A stretch of DNA of 51,712 bases from Scenedesmus sp. PABB004 (lineage: Eukaryota), in contig JABVCE010000021.1 of NCBI GenBank assembly GCA_014905635.1, positions 682,001-733,712 on the forward strand, in the 5' to 3' direction. A program made the translations under genes and the position numbers. Below are positions 34,775-45,220 of the stretch, in pieces. Under the pieces are notes generated by a model. That model saw only the letters and a list, made by a program, of their open reading frames with translations, had not been told where the DNA came from and searched no databases. Within the stretch, counting starts at the first letter, position 1. Every line of letters begins with the position of its first letter.

Positions 34775-37426
34775 GCGGCGATGCCGTGCGCCGTTTCCCC
34801 TGCCCCGCCGCCCCTGCGGAGCGGAGGTGCGCGGCTCCAACAGGCTGCCCGGCCACGGGCTGCGCCGCCGAGGTCGGCCGCCGGCGGCCGCGCCGCGCCG
34901 CGGGCCGCGCGCCGCCCGCGCGCGCGCCGCTCGCCGGCGCCGCGGCGCGGCGATGCCGTGCGCCGTTTCCCCTGCCCCGCCGCCCCTGCGGAGCGGAGGT
35001 GCGCGGCTCCAACAGGCTGCCCGGCCACGGGCTGCGCCGCCGAGGTCGGCCGCCGGCGGCCGCGCCGCGCCGCGGGCCGCGGGCCGCGCGCCGCCCGCGC
35101 GCGCGCCGCTCGCCGGCGCCGCGGCGCGGCGATGCCGTGCGCCGTTTCCCCTGCCCCGCCGCCCCTGCGGAGCGGAGGTGCGCGGCTCCAACAGGCTGCC
35201 CGGCCACGGGCTGCGCCGCCGAGGTCGGCCGCCGGCGGCCGCGCCGCGCCGCGGGCCGCGCGCCGCCCGCGCGCGCGCCGCTCGCCGGCGCCGCGGCGCG
35301 GCGATGCCGTGCGCCGTTTCCCCTGCCCCGCCGCCCCTGCGGAGCGGAGGTGCGCGGCTCCAACAGGCTGCCCGGCCACGGGCTGCGCCGCCGAGGTCGG
35401 CCGCCGGCGGCCGCGCCGCGCCGCGGGCCGCGCGCCGCCCGCGCGCGCGCCGCTCGCCGGCGCCGCGGCGCGGCGATGCCGTGCGCCGTTTCCCCTGCCC
35501 CGCCGCCCCTGCGGAGCGGAGGTGCGCGGCTCCAACAGGCTGCCCGGCCACGGGCTGCGCCGCCGAGGTCGGCCGCCGGCGGCCGCGCCGCGCCGCGGGC
35601 CGCGCGCCGCCCGCGCGCGCGCCGCTCGCCGGCGCCGCGGCGCGGCGATGCCGTGCGCCGTTTCCCCTGCCCCGCCGCCCCTGCGGAGCGGAGGTGCGCG
35701 GCTCCAACAGGCTGCCCGGCCACGGGCTGCGCCGCCGAGGTCGGCCGCCGGCGGCCGCGCCGCGCCGCGGGCCGCGCGCCGCCCGCGCGCGCGCCGCTCG
35801 CCGGCGCCGCGGCGCGGCGATGCCGTGCGCCGTTTCCCCTGCCCCGCCGCCCCTGCGGAGCGGAGGTGCGCGGCTCCAACAGGCTGCCCGGCCACGGGCT
35901 GCGCCGCCGAGGTCGGCCGCCGGCGGCCGCGCCGCGCCGCGGGCCGCGCGCCGCCCGCGCGCGCGCCGCTCGCCGGCGCCGCGGCGCGGCGATGCCGTGC
36001 GCCGTTTCCCCTGCCCCGCCGCCCCTGCGGAGCGGAGGTGCGCGGCTCCAACAGGCTGCCCGGCCACGGGCTGCGCCGCCGAGGTCGGCCGCCGGCGGCC
36101 GCGCCGCGCCGCGGGCCGCGCGCCGCCCGCGCGCGCGCCGCTCGCCGGCGCCGCGGCGCGGCGATGCCGTGCGCCGTTTCCCCTGCCCCGCCGCCGCTGC
36201 GGAGCGGAGGTGCGCGGCTCCAACAGGCTGCCCGGCCACGGGCTGCGCCGCCGAGGTCGGCCGCCGGCGGCCGCGCCGCGCCGCGGGCCGCGCGCCGCCC
36301 GCGCGCGCGCCGCTCGCCGGCGCCGCGGCGCGGCGATGCCGTGCGCCGTTTCCCCTGCCCCGCCGCCCCTGCGGAGCGGAGGTGCGCGGCTCCAACAGGC
36401 TGCCCGGCCACGGGCTGCGCCGCCGAGGTCGGCCGCCGGCGGCCGCGCCGCGCCGCGGGCCGCGCGCCGCCCGCGCGCGCGCCGCTCGCCGGCGCCGCGG
36501 CGCGGCGATGCCGTGCGCCGTTTCCCCTGCCCCGCCGCCCCTGCGGAGCGGAGGTGCGCGGCTCCAACAGGCTGCCCGGCCACGGGCTGCGCCGCCGAGG
36601 TCGGCCGCCGGCGGCCGCGCCGCGCCGCGGGCCGCGCGCCGCCCGCGCGCGCGCCGCTCGCCGGCGCCGCGGCGCGGCGATGCCGTGCGCCGTTTCCCCT
36701 GCCCCGCCGCCCCTGCGGAGCGGAGGTGCGCGGCTCCAACAGGCTGCCCGGCCACGGGCTGCGCCGCCGAGGTCGGCCGCCGGCGGCCGCGCCGCGCCGC
36801 GGGCCGCGCGCCGCCCGCGCGCGCGCCGCTCGCCGGCGCCGCGGCGCGGCGATGCCGTGCGCCGTTTCCCCTGCCCCGCCGCCCCTGCGGAGCGGAGGTG
36901 CGCGGCTCCAACAGGCTGCCCGGCCACGGGCTGCGCCGCCGAGGTCGGCCGCCGGCGGCCGCGCCGCGCCGCGGGCCGCGCGCCGCCCGCGCGCGCGCCG
37001 CTCGCCGGCGCCGCGGCGCGGCGATGCCGTGCGCCGTTTCCCCTGCCCCGCCGCCCCTGCGGAGCGGAGGTGCGCGGCTCCAACAGGCTGCCCGGCCACG
37101 GGCTGCGCCGCCGAGGTCGGCCGCCGGCGGCCGCGCCGCGCCGCGGGCCGCGCGCCGCCCCGCCCGCGCGCGCGCCGCTCGCCGGCGCCGCGGCGCGGCG
37201 ATGCCGTGCGCCGTTTCCCCTGCCCCGCCGCCCCTGCGGAGCGGAGGTGCGCGGCTCCAACAGGCAGGCTGCCCGGCCACGGGCTGCGCCGCCGAGGTCG
37301 GCCGCCGGCGGCCGCGCCGCGCCGCGGGCCGCGCGCCGCCCGCGCGCGCGCCGCTCGCCGGCGCCGCGGCGCGGCGATGCCGTGCGCCGTTTCCCCTGCC
37401 CCGCCGCCCCTGCGGAGCGGAGGTGC
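34775..37426. repeat. 172-bp GC-rich tandem satellite, block 1 (~15.4 units)
   Basis: The A of the GCGATGCC landmark recurs at 34781, 34953, 35132, 35304, 35476 ... 37024, 37201 and 37377. Spacing is 172 bp, with variants of 179, 177 and 176. Unit is ~88% GC by hand count. Confidence 0.97.
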
Positions 37427-37789
37427 TGATGAGAGTGCGTGTTTTCGGCCACACACTCACCCCATTGCGTGCATGGAGCCTAAAGGAAGCTACTCGGAAC
37501 ATTGGGCCTTAGTTGGGCTCTTGTGGAAGGTGCTAACCGCGGTGGAAGCTGCTTACGGCGCAGCTACCGGCAGCCGCCGAGAAGCTGCGATTACCGATAC
37601 CGTTTCGGCTATATAGCTCCGTGCGCCCGCCCCGTTTGCCTAAGGAGTCTCTTCACCACGCACATGTAACCTTTGCTCCTTCACTCGTGTCTCCGTGCTC
37701 TCCGTGCTCTCTCGTTGGCCAACCGCCGCTCTCCGCCGTTGTCGACTCGCTCCTCTAGCCGGCAACAACCGCGCCTACTCCGACCAAGA
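37427..37789 (+). repeat. 5' LTR (363 bp, TG...AAGA)
   Basis: Direct repeat of 44858-45220 with no differences seen by eye. Contains TATATA at 37610 and TGTAA at 37665. Confidence 0.95.
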
Positions 37790-37801
37790 GGTCATGAGCC
37801 C
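37790..37801 (+). promoter_or_regulatory. Primer-binding site, half-tRNA-iMet type
   Basis: GGTCATGAGCCC directly abuts the LTR. It is 11/12 identical to GGTTATGAGCCC, the complement of the initiator tRNA anticodon arm, and is not a TGG-start 3'-end PBS. Confidence 0.75.
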
Positions 37802-38699
37802 ATCCCCGGTGCTCTAAAGGCATTGCGGAGGCTTCGCGCGCATCGCTCCGGCAACTCGACAACTCCGCGGAGCTCCGGAGGCCTCCGTCAAGCGGCCCAA
37901 AAAGAAGGCCCGAGATTCGATCCTGCGACCTCCACCGTCCTATTCGAGAGCCCTATTGTCTAATTGGCGCTTGGCAGAGGCCATCGCCCCTTGTCCGCGA
38001 CTTCTTTTACTTGAGTCGCCCTTGTCAAACGCAGTAAATCGCGCCGCGCTTGCTCGCGCGTGCTCGTTTGCGCTCCGTCGCGCTCCGTCGCGCTTCCCGC
38101 GCCGCGCTCGATCTACTCGGCGCCGCGCGCTCGACGTCGGCCCTTCTCGCGCCGACTTTGCCTCTTCTCGCGCTCAAGGGCCTCGGCCCTTCGCCCGTCC
38201 GCCCGCCCGCGCCGCTCACAGGTGTACGTACGACCCGGCCGTGCGCATCGGTCATCAAGGCGGGCGTCCGTGCACCTTGGGCGTGCGTGTCTACACGGCG
38301 GCGTGACGTTGGAGGACATCCATCGACCCGCGCCCCTACGACCCTCGGCGCCCTCGACCCTCGCGCCCCTACGACCCTCGGCGCCCTCGACCAACTCGTA
38401 ACGCGCGCCGCGCTCGCGCCCGGCCGCTCTTGCACCCGCGCGTGCGCCTCGGCTACGCTCGCACGCTACGCTAGCGCGCGCCTCGTGTCTCCAAACCCGA
38501 GCTAACTTCAAAGGGGCCTTGCCCCCTTCGCCGTCCGCCCGCGCCCGCGCCGTACGTAGGTGTGCGTACGTCTCGGCCGCGTGCATCGGACATCTAGGCG
38601 GGGCGTCCGTACACCTCGTACGTGCGCGCGTCTACGGCGCGGCGTGACGTGGGAGACATCCGCCAACAACTCCATCGGCCCGCCAACGCGGCTACCGTC

Positions 38700-41600
38700 A
38701 TGATGGACTTTGAAAAGTTTGGCGTTGAGCGATTCACCGGCTCCAACTACGTCACGTGGAGCACCAAGATTACCTTCTACCTCAAGCTCAAGGGCTTCTA
38801 TGGCGCGCTCATCGACGCGCCGCCGCCCGGCAACGACGCCGACGCCGCGCCCGCGCGCGACGCCGCGCGGGACGACAAGGCCCTCGCCGCCATCGTCCTC
38901 TCCGTCGACAACAAGATCTTGCCACTCATCCAAACGTGCACCACCGCCAAGGAGGCGTGGGACAAGCTCGCCAACATGTACCACACCCAAAACACGGCAA
39001 GCATCGTGCGCTTCAAGCGCGAGTTGAGCACGCTCGCCAAGGGCAACACCGAGACCATCACGGCCTTTGCCGGCCGCGCGTACGCGCTCAAGGACAACCT
39101 CATCTCCGCCGGCGCCACGGTGGACGACATGGACATCTCGCTCGCCATGCTCGACAAGCTCCCGAGCGCCTACGAGGTCACCAAGAAGATCATCATGAGC
39201 AAGAAGCCCTTCCCCACGCTCGAGGAGGTCATCTCCGAGCTCTTGACCGTGGAGGCGCAAACCCCGGCCAACACCGAGAAGGCCTACTTTGCGACCGCGC
39301 CGCGGCCCAAGTTCAAGCCGCTCAACAAGACGTTCAACCCGCGCTTCAACAAGCCCTTCAACCCGCGCGCGCCCATGCTCGGCGCGTCGCGCTTCGCCAA
39401 CCCGCCGCGCCCGTTCAACGGCGGCGGCTCGCCCGGCGGCAACCGGCCGCGCTTCGGCGCGTCCAAGGACGCCAAAGACGTGTGCTACTATTGCAAGAAG
39501 CCCGGTCACTTCATCGGTGAGTGCCGCGAGCGGGCCGCGGTCGAGGCGCGCAAGGGCACGCCCGACACCGAGCGGCGCGAGGTGGCGTGGACCGCCACCA
39601 CGCTCGCTCCCGACTACGACAACCCGGACTACGCGTGCACGTGGTTCATCGACTCGGGGGCCGAGCGCCACATCACCAACGACGCCGGCGACCTCAACAA
39701 CCCCAAGCCGTGCTCGACCAAGGTCATCGTGGGCACCGGCGAGGTGGTCGCCGCCGAGCTCGAGGGCGACGCCATCTTGCACGAGTCCAACGTCATCTCG
39801 CGGCGCATCGTGCTCCGCCGCGTGCTCTACATCCCCGGCTTTGCGGCCAAGCTCGTCTCCATCAAGATGGCCAAGCTCGCCGGCGCCACGTTCATCATGG
39901 AGGGCAACAAGTGCGCCGTGCGCATGGGCGGCGAGACGATCGTCACCGCCATCGACGCGCCCAACGGCATCCCGTGCATCGTGAGCAACACGCTCCGCGG
40001 CTCCCCGAGCCCGGCGCTCATTGCCAAAGAGGCGCCCGAGGTGTGGCACGCGCGCTTTGGCCACCTCGGCTACGCCAACCTCGAGCGCGCCGCCAAGCAC
40101 GGCATGGTGACCGGCATGGACCTCACGACCACCGACTTCAAGGCGCTCCCCATGTGCGAGCCGTGCGTGATGGGCAAGACGACGCGCCTCACCTTCGGTG
40201 AGTCCGCGACGGTGTACGACACGCCGCTCGCGCTCGTGAGCATGGACGTGTGCGGCCCCATGACCGAGCTCTCTTACGGCGGCGCCAAGTACGCCGCGAC
40301 CTTCATCGACCACGCGACGGGCTACTCCATCGTGCGCACGCTCAAGAGCAAGGCCGACGTCACGCCGGCCGTCAAGGAGGTGCTCACCTACATGGAGAAG
40401 CAAACCGACGCCCACGTCAAGGCCGTCCGCACCGACAACGGCTCCGAGTACGTCAACGCCGACCTCTCCGGCTTCTTCAAGGACAAGGGCATCGCGCACC
40501 AAAAGACCATGCCCTACACGCCCGAGCAAAACGGCACCGCCGAGCGGCTCAACCGCACGCTCCTCAACAAGGTGCTCCCCATGATCTACGCCGCCGAGCT
40601 CCCGCCCGCGGCGTGGGGTGAGGCGATCATGACGGCCAACCACCTCCGCAACCTCTCTCCCGTGAGCGGCAAGCCCAAGACGCCGTTCGAGGCCTTCTTC
40701 GGCCGCAAGCCCGACGTGTCAACGCTCCGCGTCTTCGGCGCCACGGCCTACGCCCACGTGCCCAAGGAGAAGAGGACCAAGCTCGAGCCGCACGCCGAGA
40801 AGGGCATCATGGTGGGCTACCCGGCCTTTGGCAAGGGCTACCGCATCCTCATGCCCGACGGCAACATCAAGTCGAGCCGCAACGTCGTCTTCGACGAGAG
40901 CAAGGTGCTCTCCAAGAGCTTCGCCAACTACAAGTCCCCGACGCTCATCGACCCCGACATCACCCGCTACGCCGCCGAGAAGTTCCCGGCGGACGACGCC
41001 TTTGAGGACGAGCCCGACTCCGGCGCGCACGACGGCGCGCCGCCGAGCGGCTCCCCGCCGGGCACCCCGGGCGGCTCCCCGCCCGCGAGCCCCGGCGGCT
41101 CCCCGCCCTCGAGCCCGGGCGGCTCGCCGCCGCCCGCGCCGAGCCCGGCGCCCGAGAGCAACGACAACATGCCGGCGCCGATCGCCGGCGGCACCGACTC
41201 CACCACCGGCGGCACCATCACGCGCTCGGGGCGCGTGTCGCGCAAGCCCGGTGAGTGGTGGAACGCCGCCGCCGCCGCGCACTATGCGGGGCAGATCTTG
41301 CCCGACCCGGCCACGCGCACCGAGGCGCTCGGCCGGCTCGACGCGTCCAAGTGGGACGACGCCATGAACGAGGAGATCGCCGCCCACGTGGCCAACAACA
41401 CGTGGGAGCTCGACGTGCCGCCCGCCGGCGTCAAGATCATCCCGACCAAGTGGGTCCTCACGACCAAGACCGACCTCGCCGGCAACATCGAGCGCTACAA
41501 GGGCCGCATCGTCGCCAAGGGCTTCCACCAGATCGAGGGCATCGACTACGACGAGGTCTTCGCCCCCGTCGGCAAGTACGCCACGCTGCGCGCGGTGCTC

Positions 41601-42833
41601 GCGCTCGCCGCTGCGCACGACTACGAGATCATCCAAATCGACATTAAGAACGCCTTCCTCCAAGGCAACCTCGAGGAGGAGGTGTGGATCAGCCAGCCCG
41701 AGGGCTACGACGACGGCTCCGGCCGCGCGTGCCGCCTGATCAAGGCGCTCTACGGCCTCAAGCAGGCCCCGCGCGCGTGGCACTCGCGCCTGCACGAGGA
41801 GCTCACCAAGATGGGCTTCGCGCCGTCCAAGGCCGACGCATCGCTCTACGTCGGCACCTCCGGCGCGTACATCCTCATCTACGTCGACGACATCCTCATC
41901 ATTGCGCGCAACCGCGCGCTCGCCGAGTCGGTCAAGGCGGAGCTCTTTGCCGCCTTCAAGACCCGCGACCTCGGCGAGGTGAGCCAGTACCTCGGCATGC
42001 ACATCACGCGCGACCGCATCAACAAGACCATCAAGATCACCAACGAGAAGATGGTGACCGAGCTCGTCTCCAAGTACGGGCTCGCCGACTGCGCGCCCCG
42101 CGACATCCCCGTGAGCCTCGGCACCAAGCTCACCAAGGACAACGGCGACCCGCTCGACACCGTGGCCTACCCCTACACGTCGCTCGTGGGAGCGCTCCTC
42201 TACCTCTCCATCACGGTGCGCCCCGACATCGCCTTTGCGGTGAGCGCGTTGACGCGCTTCATGTCCTGCCCCACGACCGTGCACTGGGGCGTGGCCAAGG
42301 GCGTGCTCCGCTACCTGGCCGGCACCACCAACATTGGCATCATCTACGGCGGCATCAAGGGCAGCCTGGACCTCAACGGCATGTGTGACTCGGACTACGC
42401 GGCCGACCTCGACACGCGCCGCTCGACCACCGGCTACGTCTTCACCCTCAACGGCGGCGCGATCACCTGGTCCAGCAAGAAGCAGCAGACCGTCGCGGCC
42501 TCCACCACCGAGGCCGAGTACATGGCCGCCTCCGCTGCGGTCAAGGAGGCGCTCTGGCTGCGCAAGCTCATGAGCGACCTCAAGTTCAACATCGGCGCCA
42601 TCGACATCCTCTCCGACAACCAGGGTGCGATCAAGCTGCTGCGCAACCCCGTGTCCTCGCAGCGCTCGAAGCACATTGACGTCGCGCACCACTTTGCGCG
42701 CGAGCGCGTGGCCCGCGGCGAGGTCACGTTCCACTACGTGCCCACGGCCGACAACATCGCCGACGCGCTCACCAAGCCGCTGGCGCTGTCCAAGTTTGTT
42801 TTTTTTTTTTTTTTTTTTTGTTACAATGGGTGA
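38700..42833 (+). CDS. Copia gag-pol polyprotein (native C-terminus displaced to 44807-44837 by the LINE insertion)
   Basis: Gag NYVTWS and AKEAW; zinc knuckle CYYCKKPGHFIGEC; protease FIDSGA; integrase WHARFGH..CEPC, DVCGP, RTDNGSEY, QNGTAER, GKGY; RT YKGRIVAKGF, DIKNAFL, LYGLKQ, YVDD; RNase H DSDYA, EAEY, SDNQ, ADALTK. Confidence 0.97.
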   Translation: MMDFEKFGVERFTGSNYVTWSTKITFYLKLKGFYGALIDAPPPGNDADAAPARDAARDDKALAAIVLSVDNKILPLIQTCTTAKEAWDKLANMYHTQNTASIVRFKRELSTLAKGNTETITAFAGRAYALKDNLISAGATVDDMDISLAMLDKLPSAYEVTKKIIMSKKPFPTLEEVISELLTVEAQTPANTEKAYFATAPRPKFKPLNKTFNPRFNKPFNPRAPMLGASRFANPPRPFNGGGSPGGNRPRFGASKDAKDVCYYCKKPGHFIGECRERAAVEARKGTPDTERREVAWTATTLAPDYDNPDYACTWFIDSGAERHITNDAGDLNNPKPCSTKVIVGTGEVVAAELEGDAILHESNVISRRIVLRRVLYIPGFAAKLVSIKMAKLAGATFIMEGNKCAVRMGGETIVTAIDAPNGIPCIVSNTLRGSPSPALIAKEAPEVWHARFGHLGYANLERAAKHGMVTGMDLTTTDFKALPMCEPCVMGKTTRLTFGESATVYDTPLALVSMDVCGPMTELSYGGAKYAATFIDHATGYSIVRTLKSKADVTPAVKEVLTYMEKQTDAHVKAVRTDNGSEYVNADLSGFFKDKGIAHQKTMPYTPEQNGTAERLNRTLLNKVLPMIYAAELPPAAWGEAIMTANHLRNLSPVSGKPKTPFEAFFGRKPDVSTLRVFGATAYAHVPKEKRTKLEPHAEKGIMVGYPAFGKGYRILMPDGNIKSSRNVVFDESKVLSKSFANYKSPTLIDPDITRYAAEKFPADDAFEDEPDSGAHDGAPPSGSPPGTPGGSPPASPGGSPPSSPGGSPPPAPSPAPESNDNMPAPIAGGTDSTTGGTITRSGRVSRKPGEWWNAAAAAHYAGQILPDPATRTEALGRLDASKWDDAMNEEIAAHVANNTWELDVPPAGVKIIPTKWVLTTKTDLAGNIERYKGRIVAKGFHQIEGIDYDEVFAPVGKYATLRAVLALAAAHDYEIIQIDIKNAFLQGNLEEEVWISQPEGYDDGSGRACRLIKALYGLKQAPRAWHSRLHEELTKMGFAPSKADASLYVGTSGAYILIYVDDILIIARNRALAESVKAELFAAFKTRDLGEVSQYLGMHITRDRINKTIKITNEKMVTELVSKYGLADCAPRDIPVSLGTKLTKDNGDPLDTVAYPYTSLVGALLYLSITVRPDIAFAVSALTRFMSCPTTVHWGVAKGVLRYLAGTTNIGIIYGGIKGSLDLNGMCDSDYAADLDTRRSTTGYVFTLNGGAITWSSKKQQTVAASTTEAEYMAASAAVKEALWLRKLMSDLKFNIGAIDILSDNQGAIKLLRNPVSSQRSKHIDVAHHFARERVARGEVTFHYVPTADNIADALTKPLALSKFVFFFFFFCYNG

Positions 42834-43536
42834 CCAGACAAGGACCGAGGCCCAGGGGCAGCCCACTGAAAAAAAACTCCAACGGGAAGAGCGCAGCAAC
42901 CCCTCGTGAAAAACCGCGCCCCGGCGCCCCCCGAGAGGGGGCCCACACATCACCCAACGGCACAGCCAGAGGCCAACGCCCAACGGGCGCCCAAGGAGAC
43001 CAGGTGATGCCCCGCAACCAAAGGGGCAGCAGCAGATCAGGCCGCACACCCCCCTTCCGGTGCGGCGAGCCGCACCGGGCATCGGTGCAGCGAGGTGCAC
43101 CGGCTCCAAGCCTCCGCGCAGAGATCACGCGCAAACGCCATCCACGCTGGCGGCGGCAGGGGCCGGCCTCAGCGGCATCAGCCCCCGCGCCGCGCGACGA
43201 CACACGCACACACCAGGGGGCAGCAGTTGGCTGTGCTGCAAAAACCCCTGAGAAAGCCGCGCACCGATGAGAAAGCCGCCCCACCGGGCAGGCAGCACGC
43301 CCGGCCGCCGCGCACGGAGCGCGTGCAGCCGCCAACCACGCCGGCGGCGCCAGGGGCCGTCCCCATCGGCTGCAGCCCCCTCGCCGCGCGACGACAAACA
43401 CGCAGACACCAGCCCCGCGGCACGGGCGGACACCGCCCAACCTTGCACGCTGCAGAAGAGGCGCGACACGCAACCAGCCGGGGTCGCAGCAAGCCCGGCC
43501 GCGGACCCCCCGGCCCCTGCAGCTAGCCGCCGCGCT

Positions 43537-43582
<46 letters not shown>

Positions 43583-44791
43583 GGGGTCCTGCGCCGCCGG
43601 CGGGGCCAGCGCCGGCGCCGCCGGCAGCGCCGGCACGCCCGCTGCGGTGAGCCGGAACTCCATTGTGAAGCGGCCCCCGTGCTGGCCCGTGCGCGCGATG
43701 ACCCCTCGGTGGCACCACCGGCGTTCGAAATCTGCCTGAGCGAGCTCCTTGCCGGAGCCCGACAGCCAGGAGCGCGGCACGCCCGCCAGCGCGCGCACGT
43801 CCATCGCTGCCTTGCGCCAGTCCAGCATGACTGCGTCGCGCACCGAGTACACAAAGATGCGAACCGCCGCCACAGGCGCGTGCCCGGGCTGGCCGCCGCC
43901 GTGCCGCGCGCGCGCGGCGAGCAGGGCGCGCAGCAGCAGCAGGCGGAGGTGCGTCCAGAGCTGCTGCAGCTCCGGCGCGACGCCCGACCTGGCAAAGTCG
44001 TCCGCCAGCATCACCCTGGGCGGGGGCGGCGCGCGCGGGAAGCCCGGCTGCAGCCGCGCCCAGAGGTGAGCAAACCACTGCAGCACCGCCGCCGCCACGG
44101 GGCATCCGCCGAGGACGTGGCCGAGCGTCTCCAGCGGCGGCTGCTGCTGCGCGCGGCAGAGCGGGTGCGGGCACGCCAGCTCCGCCAGCTCCGGCGCCGC
44201 GCGCTGGTAAGAGAAGACCCTGTCGCCGCTGACGCGCACCCCGCCGTGCAGCAGGCTCCAGCCAAAGTGTCGCAGGGCGCGCGGCATGCGCGCCTGCTGC
44301 GCGCGCGCGTAGCAGGCGGCCCAGGCGGGCGGCTCCGCGCGCTCGCCGGCGCGCGGCGGCGCAGTCGCACCAGTGAGCGGGTCGACGAGGTCGTTGGCCG
44401 CCGGCTCCTGAACCAGGGTCCTGCGCTGCTCCAGCTGCTGCTCCCGCCGCTGCTCATGCTCCTCGCGCCGCGCCGCGGCGGCAGCGGCCGCCGCCGGCCC
44501 GACGCGCTCCATGACGTGGCGCCGCGGGGGCGAGACTTTCTGCCACGCCGGCAGCCCAGGCTCCGGGTCTGGCGTCTCGGCTCGCTGCCGCTCCGCCCAG
44601 CTGCGCTTCTGGCCCGCCTCCCGCCGCGCGATGGCGCTGGCCGGGCATGCCTGGCCGTAGCCGGCGCGCCAGAGGCCCGGCACGCAGCCAACGCCGGGCG
44701 TCCAGCCCCCTGCCGGCGTGACCTCGCGCGCGCAGCGCAGCTGCAGCAGCCGCAGGGTCGCGCCGCGCACCGTAAACTGCATGACCGTGGC
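42800..44791 (-). mobile_element. 5'-truncated L1-clade non-LTR retrotransposon, copy 1 (~2 kb)
   Basis: Poly(A) tail (T-run from ~42800) preceded by TGTAA, ~700-bp 3' UTR, and ORF2 C-terminus (stop at 43523) with zinc knuckle CPHPLC...ETLGHVLGGC. Flanked by duplicated TGGCGCTGTCCAAGTTTGT (42781-42799 and 44788-44806). Confidence 0.95.
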
Positions 44792-44857
44792 GCTGTCCAA
44801 GTTTGTGGCGTGCCGCACCGGCATGGGCATGGTGTGAGTGTTGCGTCCGCGTGGGAG

Positions 44858-45220
44858 TGATGAGAGTGCGTGTTTTCGGCCACACACTCACCCCATTGCG
44901 TGCATGGAGCCTAAAGGAAGCTACTCGGAACATTGGGCCTTAGTTGGGCTCTTGTGGAAGGTGCTAACCGCGGTGGAAGCTGCTTACGGCGCAGCTACCG
45001 GCAGCCGCCGAGAAGCTGCGATTACCGATACCGTTTCGGCTATATAGCTCCGTGCGCCCGCCCCGTTTGCCTAAGGAGTCTCTTCACCACGCACATGTAA
45101 CCTTTGCTCCTTCACTCGTGTCTCCGTGCTCTCCGTGCTCTCTCGTTGGCCAACCGCCGCTCTCCGCCGTTGTCGACTCGCTCCTCTAGCCGGCAACAAC
45201 CGCGCCTACTCCGACCAAGA
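44858..45220 (+). repeat. 3' LTR (363 bp)
   Basis: Direct repeat of 37427-37789. Confidence 0.95.

Larger units (their letters stand above)
37427..45220 (+). mobile_element. Ty1/copia LTR retrotransposon, full length, interrupted by a LINE
   Basis: Two 363-bp LTRs, a PBS, and a single gag-pol ORF in copia order PR-IN-RT-RH. Short purine tract (GGGAG) before the 3' LTR. Confidence 0.97.

Noticed and set aside
34174..37616. 900-1100-aa ORFs in all six frames (similarly at 45104-49848)
   Set aside because: Artefact of a stop-free 172-bp monomer whose length is not divisible by 3; no coding signal.
38508..43109. Long antisense ORFs over gag-pol
   Set aside because: Shadow frames caused by strong GC3 codon bias.
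43523..44887. In-frame fusion of antisense copia/LTR sequence to the LINE ORF2 C-terminus
   Set aside because: One-in-three chance frame match in stop-poor DNA, with no evidence of expression.
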